In this document: one piece after another, positions 52,812-60,846 of the stretch
Layout of the letters: each line of letters starts with the position of its first letter
Numbering within the stretch: position 1 is the stretch's first letter
Assembly: GCA_016234935.1 (NCBI GenBank)
Contig: JACRNL010000004.1
Span: forward strand, 87,922-151,921
Source: Deltaproteobacteria bacterium
GTDB lineage: Bacteria; Desulfobacterota; GWC2-55-46
DNA: 64,000 bases
Direction: 5' to 3'
Position numbers and translations under genes: made by a program
The notes under the pieces: model-generated
Databases searched by the model: none
Told to the model about the DNA's origin: nothing
The model's input: only the letters and a program-made list of their open reading frames with translations

Positions 52812-54743
52812 TTACTCCTCGCCGTCAGCGGCTTCGATGCCGTCAGGGACAAGGGGTCTTTGACCGGAAAGAAGGCCTATCCACTTATAGGCCGAATCGA
52901 CAATGGCGATTACGGCAAGAAGTGCCATGATTAAGACGAGGATGGAATCAAGCCTGAAGGTAAACGCCTCGGCGGAATTGACGGCGGCCGAGGCCTTTAA
53001 AGCGAATATCCAGTAAAGCTCCCACGAGGCAACGGCGGTCATGACGAACATGAATACCATGGGCACAAACGTCACCCACGCGTATCTGGCCCTGCCGGAT
53101 TTTATGATTACCGTCGTGCCCACGCAAAGGGCAAGGGCGGCAAGGAGCTGGTTTGCCACGCCGAACATGGGCCAGATGGTGCTTATAGAACCGGAGCTGA
53201 CTAAAAAACCCCACGCTGCCACGACCAGCGCGCTCGTTAAGACCACGCCGGGCATCCAGTCGGTGCGCTTAAGGGGCTTATAGGCGTAGCCGCCTATCTC
53301 CTGCAAAATAAACCGCGCAACCCTCGTGCCCGTGTCAACGGTCGTCAGGATAAATAGCGCCTCAAACATCAGCGCGAAGTTATACCAGTAAGGCATAAGC
53401 CCCTTCATGCCGGGCAGGCCGGAAAAGAGATAGGCCATGCCAACGGCAAGGGAGACCGCGCCGCCGGGCCTTCCAGCGACGTTAACGCCGACCATGGCGG
53501 AAAGCTCCGCAATCTTCGACGGAGGAAAGCCGAGCGCTGTAAGGGCGTCGCCTGAAAGGGTCGTGTTTATGGCAAAGTAGTCTCCCGGAAGAAGGACTGT
53601 CGCGGCTATGACGGCGATGACCGCCACAAACCCCTCGCTAAGCATGGCGCCGAAGCCTATGAGCTTTATGTCTGCCTCGCTCTTTATCATCTTCGGCGTG
53701 GTGCCGGACGAGATAAGCGAATGAAAGCCTGAAATCGCGCCGCAGGCGATTGTAATGAACATGAACGGAAATACCCTTCCCGGTATTATCGGACCGCCGC
53801 CGTCTATGAACCGCGTAACGGCGGGCATATGGATCTCCGGCGCCATAATCAGCACGCCGAGGGCAAGGGCAAGGATGGTGATTATCTTCAGATAGGTGGA
53901 AAGGTAATCACGCGGGCAGAGGAGCAGCCACACCGGCAGGACGGATGCCACGAAGCCGTAGCCCGCGAGCACGAAGACAAGCGTAGTTCTATTGTGTGAA
54001 AAGAGCGGCTCCAGGAAAGAGCCGTTGACGTATCTTCCGCCGATGACCGCGGCCGCTAAAAGAGCAACGCCTATGACGCTGACCTCCGCGACCCTGCCCA
54101 CGCGGAGCTTATACAGGTAAAACCCCATGAAAAGCGCGATGAGGATGGACATGAATATGGTGAACGTCCCCCACGGGCTTTTGTAAAGCGCGTTCACCAC
54201 CGCAAGGCCGAGGCCGGCGAGGGCGACTATGATTATAAAGAGCACTGCCAGCGCAGCCGTGACGCCCGCGACAGGGCCGACCTCTTTTTTCGCCATCTCC
54301 GCCAGCGAGCAGCCGCCCCGCCTGACCGAGGCGGCCAGTATGACCATGTCATGCACGGCGCCGGCAAACGCCGCGCCGATAAGTATCCACAAAAAACCCG
54401 GCAGATACCCGAACTGCGCCGCCAGCACCGGCCCGATAAGCGGGCCTGCGCCGGCTATGGCCGCGAAGTGGTGGCCAAAGAGGACGAGCGTATGCGTAGG
54501 GTGGTAATCCTTCCCGTCGGCGCGGTTCATGGCCGGGGTCTTCCTCGCCGCGTCAACGCACATGACCTTTGAGGCCACGAATGTGCCGTAGAGCCTGTAA
54601 ATGATGATGAAAAAACAGGCCGCGCATATCACAAGCCAGAGTGCGTTGACCGTCTCGCCCGTGTTTATGATGCGCGTGACAATGCCGAAGGAAATGGCAA
54701 AAACAATGGAAAGGATAGCTATGACAAGGTGAGAAAACTTCAT
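52812..54743 (-). CDS. cstA: carbon starvation protein CstA (peptide/pyruvate transporter family)
   Basis: 643 aa, polytopic, with CstA-family sequence features ([23 protein letters not shown]). Confidence 0.9.
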   Translation of the reverse strand: MKFSHLVIAILSIVFAISFGIVTRIINTGETVNALWLVICAACFFIIIYRLYGTFVASKVMCVDAARKTPAMNRADGKDYHPTHTLVLFGHHFAAIAGAGPLIGPVLAAQFGYLPGFLWILIGAAFAGAVHDMVILAASVRRGGCSLAEMAKKEVGPVAGVTAALAVLFIIIVALAGLGLAVVNALYKSPWGTFTIFMSILIALFMGFYLYKLRVGRVAEVSVIGVALLAAAVIGGRYVNGSFLEPLFSHNRTTLVFVLAGYGFVASVLPVWLLLCPRDYLSTYLKIITILALALGVLIMAPEIHMPAVTRFIDGGGPIIPGRVFPFMFITIACGAISGFHSLISSGTTPKMIKSEADIKLIGFGAMLSEGFVAVIAVIAATVLLPGDYFAINTTLSGDALTALGFPPSKIAELSAMVGVNVAGRPGGAVSLAVGMAYLFSGLPGMKGLMPYWYNFALMFEALFILTTVDTGTRVARFILQEIGGYAYKPLKRTDWMPGVVLTSALVVAAWGFLVSSGSISTIWPMFGVANQLLAALALCVGTTVIIKSGRARYAWVTFVPMVFMFVMTAVASWELYWIFALKASAAVNSAEAFTFRLDSILVLIMALLAVIAIVDSAYKWIGLLSGQRPLVPDGIEAADGEE

Positions 54744-54903
54744 TACATTATTTTAAGGTATATAGCCGAAGGCTGTCAACCTGCCTTTTTCGAGAAAAAA
54801 GCAGGCCGAATAACGTTACTTAAACTACATGCGAGCATATGCCGCAAATGCGGTTTATTATGCTAAAATCAAAATACCGTCTAAACCAAAGGAGAACATA
54901 AAC

Positions 54904-55221
54904 ATGAAAAGATTAATGGCATTTGCGACCCTGGCTCTGTTTTTAGCTTCAATCCCTGCCTTTGCCGCGGAAGGTCAACGCATGGAAAAGAGAGGCCAGC
55001 GCATGGGGCGCCGCGGCGAGGCGCAGGAAAAGGCCGGCGACCGCGTTGAAAAACGCGGAGAACGGCTTGAAAGCAAGGCCGAAAAATTAGACGAGCACGG
55101 CAGACCAATCGCCGCTGAAAAGGTCGAAAAGAGAGGCAAAAGACTTAAGAAAAAAGGCGAGCGCAAAGAACAAAGAGGCGAGGCAGTGGAAAAGGCCGGA
55201 GAAAAGATGGATAAAAAATAA
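54904..55221 (+). CDS. small secreted Lys/Arg/Glu-rich repeat protein
   Basis: AAGGAGAA RBS. Signal peptide MKRLMAFATLALFLASIPAFA. The mature part repeats EKRG-x-R-L/M (MEKRGQRM, VEKRGERL, VEKRGKRL). Confidence 0.55.
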   Translation: MKRLMAFATLALFLASIPAFAAEGQRMEKRGQRMGRRGEAQEKAGDRVEKRGERLESKAEKLDEHGRPIAAEKVEKRGKRLKKKGERKEQRGEAVEKAGEKMDKK

Positions 55222-55232
55222 CGCGAAAAAAT

Positions 55233-55259
55233 GCCGTCAGGAAGAAACTCCTGACGGCG
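55233..55259. terminator. bidirectional intrinsic terminator candidate
   Basis: GCCGTCAGGA..TCCTGACGGC flanked by an A-run and a T-run (AAAAAATGCCGTCAGGAAGAAACTCCTGACGGCGCAAAAAAA). It lies between convergent genes. Confidence 0.65.
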
Positions 55260-55279
55260 CAAAAAAATCTACAGGCATT

Positions 55280-55720
55280 CTACGCCCATCCCCAAGTCTT
55301 CTTAACTATATTTGCATTATGGTTATTGGGATTTTGAGCAGAAGTGGCAATGAATTGTATGTTTAAATTTAATGCGGAAAGCGAAGCATTACTTTGAGTT
55401 CCTAATACAAAAATTGGCATAATATTCCATCCCGTCTTCTGAAATTTCATAATATATTCATCTCCATCAGGACATCTATTCGCTTTCTTTATTCTTAATG
55501 GAATTAATAAATTTGTGTGGGACTCCTTCTTAATATCTGCAATAAATTTATCAGGGGCGATGCCTTGCTCCTGCAAGGCACGTATATGTGTGAAAATATC
55601 AATTTTGTTACCTTGTAAGAGCTGTATATCACAGACTTGCCTGCTCCCAAGTCCGGTTAAGCATCTAATAGTTGCAGATTTGCGTGTCTTGGCCGCTCCC
55701 ATTATCAAATAAACATCCAT
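55280..55720 (-). CDS. orphan protein with degenerate P-loop-like N-terminus
   Basis: 146 aa, looks AT-rich. VYLIMGAAKTRKSAT resembles a Walker A with Arg in place of the second Gly. It has its own promoter-like and RBS-like signals. Confidence 0.5.
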   Translation of the reverse strand: MDVYLIMGAAKTRKSATIRCLTGLGSRQVCDIQLLQGNKIDIFTHIRALQEQGIAPDKFIADIKKESHTNLLIPLRIKKANRCPDGDEYIMKFQKTGWNIMPIFVLGTQSNASLSALNLNIQFIATSAQNPNNHNANIVKKTWGWA

Positions 55721-55743
55721 GATCCTTCCCCCTTAATATTTCA

Positions 55744-55772
55744 TCTATAAAATTTTGTTTATCACGGTGCAA
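55744..55772 (-). promoter_or_regulatory. sigma-70 promoter candidate for 55280..55720
   Basis: On the minus strand, TTGCAC-N17-TATAGA. AAGGGGGA RBS 6 nt before the ATG. Confidence 0.4.
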
Positions 55773-55828
55773 CAGGTTCTTTTTTGCAGATTAAACCCGT
55801 CGAGGAAAATTATTAATCTCAGCCGCCT

Positions 55829-56062
55829 TCAAGACGCCTTTTCAAGCCGCTCCGCCATCCAGACCTTTATGATGGATTGACGCGGCACGCCAAGACGCTT
55901 TGCCTCTTTATCAAGCAAGTGGATCATCCACACGGGAAAATCTACATTAACCCTTTTTTGTATCTGTTGCGGTCTTCTCGCCTTTGACACATCAAGATAT
56001 TTAGAAACGTCCCTGCCTTCGTCAAACTTTTCGTCAAATTCCTTAGCCTTCATATAAAGCAA
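55829..56062 (-). CDS. brnA: BrnA-type (CopG/RHH) antitoxin
   Basis: FDEGRDVSKYLDVS..VNVDFPVWMIHLLDKEAKRLGVPRQSIIKVWMAERL. Overlaps the brnT stop. Confidence 0.75.
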   Translation of the reverse strand: MLYMKAKEFDEKFDEGRDVSKYLDVSKARRPQQIQKRVNVDFPVWMIHLLDKEAKRLGVPRQSIIKVWMAERLEKAS

Positions 56063-56300
56063 TCTCCTCTTTTCTGGAACGCCGTACGGATACGATCCTT
56101 ATTTTATCACTTCTGTATGTAATAACCCCTGACCAGTGCTTGCCTGCTATCTTCCCTATTACCAAAAACCTCGGCTCATCACTGGTCATTACCGGAATCT
56201 CGATAAAATCCGGGTCATCCCACAAAACTTGAGCTTCATAGAAGTCAATTCCGTGCTTTTTCCTGTTAACGTCGTTTTTTTGAGAGTCAAATTCAAACAT
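56043..56300 (-). CDS. brnT: BrnT (DUF497) ribonuclease toxin
   Basis: FEFDSQKNDVNRKKHGIDFYEAQVLWDDP..RIVSVRRSRKEE fits the DUF497 pattern. Confidence 0.8.
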   Translation of the reverse strand: MFEFDSQKNDVNRKKHGIDFYEAQVLWDDPDFIEIPVMTSDEPRFLVIGKIAGKHWSGVITYRSDKIRIVSVRRSRKEEIALYEG

Positions 56301-56454
56301 TGTGGTATAATTATTATACCTTCATTATACCTTTTGTCAATCAAAATGGCGACCCTAAAGGATTTTTCCGATTGTATCTATTCCCTATCGCCGTCTCTAT
56401 CCGATAGAGCTAAAATCATCACTAATTTATATACATAACTGCAGTATAAAAAAA

Positions 56455-56484
56455 TGCCGTCAGGAGAAAAAACTCCTGACGGCA
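56455..56484 (-). terminator. intrinsic terminator candidate after the radical SAM gene
   Basis: TGCCGTCAGGAG-AAAAAA-CTCCTGACGGCA. On the minus strand it is followed by TTTTTTTAT. Near-duplicate of 55233-55259. Confidence 0.65.
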
Positions 56485-56494
56485 CAAAAAACCC

Positions 56495-57406
56495 CTACTC
56501 CCCTTCTATCCTCCGAAGCCCAGCCGCCTTTGCCAGCCTTATTGCCTCGCTAAACTCCTCTTTGGTTACCGGCCTTGCAAGGTCAGGGTTGTCCACGGCC
56601 ATATAGCTTGGGCGATATTGATCCATGATATTGACGTAGGTGTCCTTTGAAACCTCTTTTGCGAGAAAACGCATCACCTCCCCGGTTCCGGCAAGGCCGC
56701 CCGGAAGGACGAGGTGCCTTACGATAAGGCCCCTCTGGGCGATGCCGCTAACGTCAATGACGAGATCTCCGACCTGCCGGTGCATCTCAATAATGGCGGC
56801 CTTCGCGCTCTCGACATATCCGGGCGCGAAGGAGAGCATGAAGGCCGTCTCGTCGTCGCCGTATTTGAAGTCCGGCATGTAGATGTCAAAGATGCCGTCA
56901 AGCAGCCTTATGGTGCCGGCCTCTTCGTAGCCGCCGCAGTTGTAGACAAGCGGCAGCCGCAGGCCGTTCTCAATGGCCTTTGGAAGGGCCGCCGCTATTT
57001 GCGGAACCTGATGCGTCGGGGTGACGAAGTTTATGTTGTGGCAGCCATGCTTCTGGAGCCCGACCATCATCATCGAAAGCTCTTCGCTCGCCACCTCTTC
57101 GCCGTCTCCTTCCTGGCTTATGTCGAAGTTCTGGCAATAGACGCACTTCATGTTGCAATATGTCATGAATATGACGCCGCTTCCGCTAACGCCAGCAAGC
57201 GGCGGCTCCTCACCGAAGTGCGGATGCGCGGCCGATACGACCGGGCTTGACCCGATGCGGCATATGCCCTGAACGCCCTGGTTGCGGTTTACGCCGCACC
57301 TTCTTGGGCAGATAACGCAGCTTGAGAGGCATTCCTTGAGGGATTTTATCCTCTTGGACAGCTCTCCGTTTTCATATAGCTTTATATAGCCGGGTAAAAA
57401 TGCCAT
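56495..57406 (-). CDS. radical SAM protein, PflX (COG1313)-like
   Basis: CNMKCVYCQN radical-SAM cluster motif plus an N-terminal Cys cluster CLSSCVICPRRCGVNR. Confidence 0.7.
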   Translation of the reverse strand: MAFLPGYIKLYENGELSKRIKSLKECLSSCVICPRRCGVNRNQGVQGICRIGSSPVVSAAHPHFGEEPPLAGVSGSGVIFMTYCNMKCVYCQNFDISQEGDGEEVASEELSMMMVGLQKHGCHNINFVTPTHQVPQIAAALPKAIENGLRLPLVYNCGGYEEAGTIRLLDGIFDIYMPDFKYGDDETAFMLSFAPGYVESAKAAIIEMHRQVGDLVIDVSGIAQRGLIVRHLVLPGGLAGTGEVMRFLAKEVSKDTYVNIMDQYRPSYMAVDNPDLARPVTKEEFSEAIRLAKAAGLRRIEGE

Positions 57407-57510
57407 GCTTCAGTATATCATATAACGCATTGCAATTTCACCTTTAAACGGAGGAAAAGCCCTTGTATGTTAGCCTGTGCCATATTATGTGATTTTTAAA
57501 TCCTTTTTTC

Positions 57511-57609
57511 TCCTCTCCCCTCGCGGGAGAGGGTAGGGTGAGGGGGGTTCAGCCCCTTCAAGGGGCAACTTTCACCCCCACCCTACCCTCCCCCATCAAG
57601 GGGGAGGAG
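57511..57609. repeat. ~100-nt composite hairpin with a family D unit at its tip
   Basis: CTCCTCTCCCC..GAGGGTAGGGTGAGG [GGGGTTCAGCCCCTTCAAGGGG] ..CACCCCCACCCTACCCTC..GGGGAGGAG. Confidence 0.7.
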
Positions 57610-57648
57610 ATAAGGAAGTGGTCATCGACCCTCCCCTGCCCCGCCTTT

Positions 57649-58449
57649 TTACAGCACGTCGGCGAATTCGGACTTCAGCTTCCGGAATACAAAACCGCCG
57701 GCAACGAAGAACATGAGGCTGACGCCCCAGAAATACGCGCCCATCCCGTAGTCCTGCCAGAACGGCTTGCCGTAGATGAAGGAATTCTGATAGCCGTCAA
57801 CTATGTAAAACATCGGGTTCAGCCTCATGAAGGGGCGGAGCCTCTCTGGAAGCATGTCTATGACCCACGCAATCGGCGTCAGCCAGAACCAGACGTTCAG
57901 AATAACCCCAAGCACCTGCCCCGTGTCGCGGTAAAAGACGTTTATCGCCGCGAAAAACCAGCTCAGGCCGAGGCTGAAGACGGAGAGCGCGAAAAGGTAG
58001 TAGAAGAACTGCAGGTTCAGGAGCGAAAATTTTATGCCGTTGAAAAAAAGAAGCGCGAGGAGTATCCCCAGCATTATGCAGTGGATTATGAGGCTTGCGG
58101 CAAGGTTTATCACGGGGAGTATCTCCGTCGGAAAGACCATCTTCGTGACGAGGTGGCTGTTGGCCACCACGGAATTGGCGCCGAGGATCATGCATTCGCT
58201 GAAGGTCATCCACGGGATGAGGCCGGCGGAAAAGACCACTATGAACGGCACGCCTCCCACGGGCTGCACCCTGAAGCCCACGGAAAAGACGAGCCAGTAG
58301 ACCGCGACCGTGATAATCGGATTGACGACCGACCAGAGAAAACCGGCGAACGTGCCGGCGTAGCGGCTTGACACCTCGTGGGCCGCCATGGCCGTTATGA
58401 CCGAGCGGTTTGCATAGAGCCGCGCCAGAAATCTATAAAACCTTGTCAT
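57649..58449 (-). CDS. ABC-2 type exporter permease (Wzm/KpsM/TagG-like)
   Basis: 266 aa with six transmembrane helices and an ABC-2 family pattern. No ATPase gene adjacent. Confidence 0.75.
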   Translation of the reverse strand: MTRFYRFLARLYANRSVITAMAAHEVSSRYAGTFAGFLWSVVNPIITVAVYWLVFSVGFRVQPVGGVPFIVVFSAGLIPWMTFSECMILGANSVVANSHLVTKMVFPTEILPVINLAASLIIHCIMLGILLALLFFNGIKFSLLNLQFFYYLFALSVFSLGLSWFFAAINVFYRDTGQVLGVILNVWFWLTPIAWVIDMLPERLRPFMRLNPMFYIVDGYQNSFIYGKPFWQDYGMGAYFWGVSLMFFVAGGFVFRKLKSEFADVL

Positions 58450-58652
58450 GAATGCACCTGTTTTCGCGGGGAGAGCCTTGAGGGTTGCTAAGGTTCGGGG
58501 ATGATGGAGACTGCTCTGCCTACAATTATCCTCTGTTTTTCTGTTTTGTCAAGCAGACCGATAGAGGCAATAAAAAAGGCGGTCTTTGAGATACCGGCCG
58601 CCTTGAGACTTAAATACATTAAGAAGTTGCGGAAAAACTCAAAATCTGGTCA

Positions 58653-58681
58653 GGCCGACCCATCCGAAGGATGGGTGCCCC
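58653..58681. repeat. minor (G) palindromic unit
   Basis: GGCCGACCCATCCGAAGGATGGGTGCCCC. It matches the reverse complement of 25036-25068. Confidence 0.6.
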
Positions 58682-58717
58682 GAATCTTCCCATTGCAATA
58701 ATAAAGACGCAATGGGA

Positions 58718-58855
58718 ACCCAGCCAGATGCAAGGCGTCGAGCCCAGCACCACTTTCCATCGCCAAGAGTTCATGCATAATACAAACGTTGGCAGAGGAA
58801 AGTGGTGCTGGGGAGGAACGAGGACGCCGCAGATGGGGCTTTTTCAGCAGCCTGC
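58718..58855 (+). repeat. family A element, copy A7 (degraded, interrupted by B3)
   Basis: ..CCAGATGCAAGGCGTCGAG [B3] GAGGAACGAGGACGCCGCAGATGGGGCTTTTTCAGCAGCCTGC. The left arm is missing and there is an internal deletion. Confidence 0.75.
58743..58812 (-). repeat. family B element, copy B3 (nested in A7)
   Basis: CCCAGCACCACTTTCC ... GGAAAGTGGTGCTGGG (16-nt perfect terminal inverted repeats). The interior is the reverse complement of the B2 interior. Confidence 0.85.
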
Positions 58856-58875
58856 TAACGGGACTGTTATCCCGC

Positions 58876-60240
58876 CTATGTTATCTCGCCTATGATATCG
58901 TAATCTTCCGCGCCGGTGACGAGCACCTCCGCCATCGTGCCCGGCAGCGCCATGCCTTTTGTTATGCAGACAGCGCCGTCTACGTCGGGGGCCTGCGAGG
59001 AGGCCCTGCCTTTAAGCCTGCCCTCGCGTGCCTGAAGCGGGGGGACGTATCCATCTCCCCCGGCCTCCGCCTCGCCGCCCTCTATGAGCGTTTTTATCCG
59101 TCGGCCTATCAGCATTTCGTTCTTTTCAAGGGAAATGGCGCGCTGCGCCTGCATCAGGATATCCATCCTTTCGGCCTTTACCTTTGCGGAAACCTGTTTT
59201 TCAAGGTTGAATGCGGGCGTGCCCTCCTCACGCGAATACGTAAAAACGCCGAGCCTGTCAAAACGCGCGTCCTCTATAAAGGACAGGAGCTCTTTGAACT
59301 CCTTATCCGTCTCGCCGGGAAAACCGGCTATCAAGGAAGTCCTGAGCGTCACGCCGCCGACTTCCTTTCTCAGCTTTTCTATGACGGCTTCGATGTCCCT
59401 TCGCGCATACCGCCTGTTCATGGCCTTTAAAACCCGCTCGCTGATGTGCTGAAGCGGCAGGTCTATGTAGCTGACTATCTTCTCCTCGCCCTTCATGACG
59501 GAGATAAGCTCGTCGGTTATCTTGCCGGGATACAGATACAGGAGCCTTATCCATTCTATTCCATCGACGCGGACAAGGGCGCGAAGGAGCCTGATCAGCT
59601 CTCCGCCGCGCTCGAAACCGTATGACGTGGTGTCCTGCGCGATAAGGTTTATCTCCTTTACGCCCTGCCCCGCGAGCGAGGCGGCCTCCCTTACCACGGA
59701 CTCAACGCTCCTTGACCTCATCTCCCCCCGTATCGCAGGGATGGAGCAGTAACTGCAATGGTTAGAGCAGCCCTCGGCCACCTTCACGTAGGCGTAATAC
59801 GAGGGGGTGGACAGCAGCCTCGGGGTGTCGTAGTCGTGGATATACGTCGGCAGGCCTACGAGCACCCTCCGGGTAAAGCCGTCTTTTATGACCTCCGCTA
59901 TCCTGTGGTATTCGCCTGTGCCGACAAAGCAGTCAACCTCAGGCATCTCCTTTGCCAGTTCGTCCTTGTACCGCTGAGAGAGGCATCCGGTGACGACGAG
60001 CCGGGAGCATCTTCCGGCCTTTTTGTTCTTGGCAAGGGCCAGTATGGCGTCTATGGACTCCTCCTTCGCGTCATTGATGAAGCCGCAGGTGTTGACGATG
60101 ATGACGTCGGCGTCCGCGGCTTCAGGGGTTATCTCGGCCCCTGATTCCTTCAATATCCCCAGCATGACCTCCGAGTCCACGAGGTTCTTGGAACAGCCCA
60201 GGCTTACGAGGCAGACCTTCTTTGTTTGCGATGCAGACAT
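58876..60240 (-). CDS. rimO: ribosomal protein S12 methylthiotransferase RimO
   Basis: UPF0004 N-terminus (VSLGCSKNLVDSE), radical SAM CSNHCSYC, C-terminal TRAM domain (APDVDGAV). Confidence 0.85.
   Translation of the reverse strand: MSASQTKKVCLVSLGCSKNLVDSEVMLGILKESGAEITPEAADADVIIVNTCGFINDAKEESIDAILALAKNKKAGRCSRLVVTGCLSQRYKDELAKEMPEVDCFVGTGEYHRIAEVIKDGFTRRVLVGLPTYIHDYDTPRLLSTPSYYAYVKVAEGCSNHCSYCSIPAIRGEMRSRSVESVVREAASLAGQGVKEINLIAQDTTSYGFERGGELIRLLRALVRVDGIEWIRLLYLYPGKITDELISVMKGEEKIVSYIDLPLQHISERVLKAMNRRYARRDIEAVIEKLRKEVGGVTLRTSLIAGFPGETDKEFKELLSFIEDARFDRLGVFTYSREEGTPAFNLEKQVSAKVKAERMDILMQAQRAISLEKNEMLIGRRIKTLIEGGEAEAGGDGYVPPLQAREGRLKGRASSQAPDVDGAVCITKGMALPGTMAEVLVTGAEDYDIIGEIT
59016..59047. 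repeat. family C unit, copy C7, inside the rimO coding sequence
   Basis: GCCTGCCCTCGCGTGCCTGAAGCGGGGGGACG. Compare the units at 22668-22718 and 40767-40799. Confidence 0.7.
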
Positions 60241-60337
60241 AATTCTACCATTTTACTTTGGAATCGGGCTTGTTTTCAAGATAATACGGACATGGGTTCA
60301 AAGCGGACGATCTCACCGGATAAGGCCGGGCCATAGC

Positions 60338-60372
60338 AAAAAAACGAGCGCCGGGACGGATGCGCGTCCGGC
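60338..60372 (-). terminator. intrinsic terminator candidate
   Basis: Stem GCCGGGACG / CGTCCGGC (one bulge). On the minus strand it is followed by GCTCGTTTTTTT. Confidence 0.45.
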
Positions 60373-60485
60373 CTTAAAATTTTTATTAAGCGCATAACGC
60401 ATTGTCATGCCCGCCATTTCCCATTGATAAAAATATAACAATCACAACCCGTTTTACCGAAAAAACCTTTAATTCTCAAGCCAGC

Positions 60486-60514
60486 TTGACATCCATGGTT
60501 TTTTGGTATTTAAT
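60486..60514 (+). promoter_or_regulatory. sigma-70 promoter candidate
   Basis: TTGACA-N17-TTTAAT (alternative -10 hexamer TATTTA at N15), upstream of the small ORF at 60565. Confidence 0.5.
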
Positions 60515-60520
60515 TAAATT

Positions 60521-60543
60521 ATGAAAATGAATGTCATTTTCAT
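60521..60543. promoter_or_regulatory. perfect 10-bp inverted repeat (operator or leader hairpin candidate)
   Basis: ATGAAAATGA-atg-TCATTTTCAT, between the promoter candidate and the AGGAGG RBS. Confidence 0.45.
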
Positions 60544-60564
60544 AGATGAAAGGAGGTGAACGTT

Positions 60565-60831
60565 ATGTCAAGATATCTGATTCAATCGTCACACACGGCA
60601 GAGGAGTGCCTGAAGGCGCTTGATGAAATCCTTGCAAAGGGAGCCGAAGCCCTTAACAGGTTTGAATGGGGTTGCGCCGCGGGAGACCATACGGGGTATG
60701 CCGTCGTAAATGCGGAAAACGAGACAAAAGCGCGCAATATGCTTCCCGCTTCCGCGCAAGCAGCGGCGCGCATCCTGCAGGTTGCGAGATTTACCCCTGA
60801 GCAGATAAGGTCGTTCCACAAGGCGGCATAA
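60565..60831 (+). CDS. small conserved-looking protein, function unknown
   Basis: AAGGAGG lies 8 nt upstream of the ATG. 88 aa, MSRYLIQSSHTAEECLKALDEIL... Followed by a strong terminator. Confidence 0.55.
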   Translation: MSRYLIQSSHTAEECLKALDEILAKGAEALNRFEWGCAAGDHTGYAVVNAENETKARNMLPASAQAAARILQVARFTPEQIRSFHKAA

Positions 60832-60846
60832 GCGCCGCAATGCCGG

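Noticed and set aside
3326-58855. Whether the recurring family A to E repeats form a CRISPR array.
   Set aside because: Copies are kilobases apart and separated by ordinary genes. The units are 30-125 nt long palindromes of several unrelated families. There is no regular repeat-spacer periodicity and no cas gene.
60521-60559. A 12-codon leader peptide (MKMNVIFIDERR*) overlapping the palindrome upstream of the 88-aa ORF.
   Set aside because: It has no RBS, and the sequence is fully explained by the 10-bp inverted repeat. It cannot be told apart from chance.
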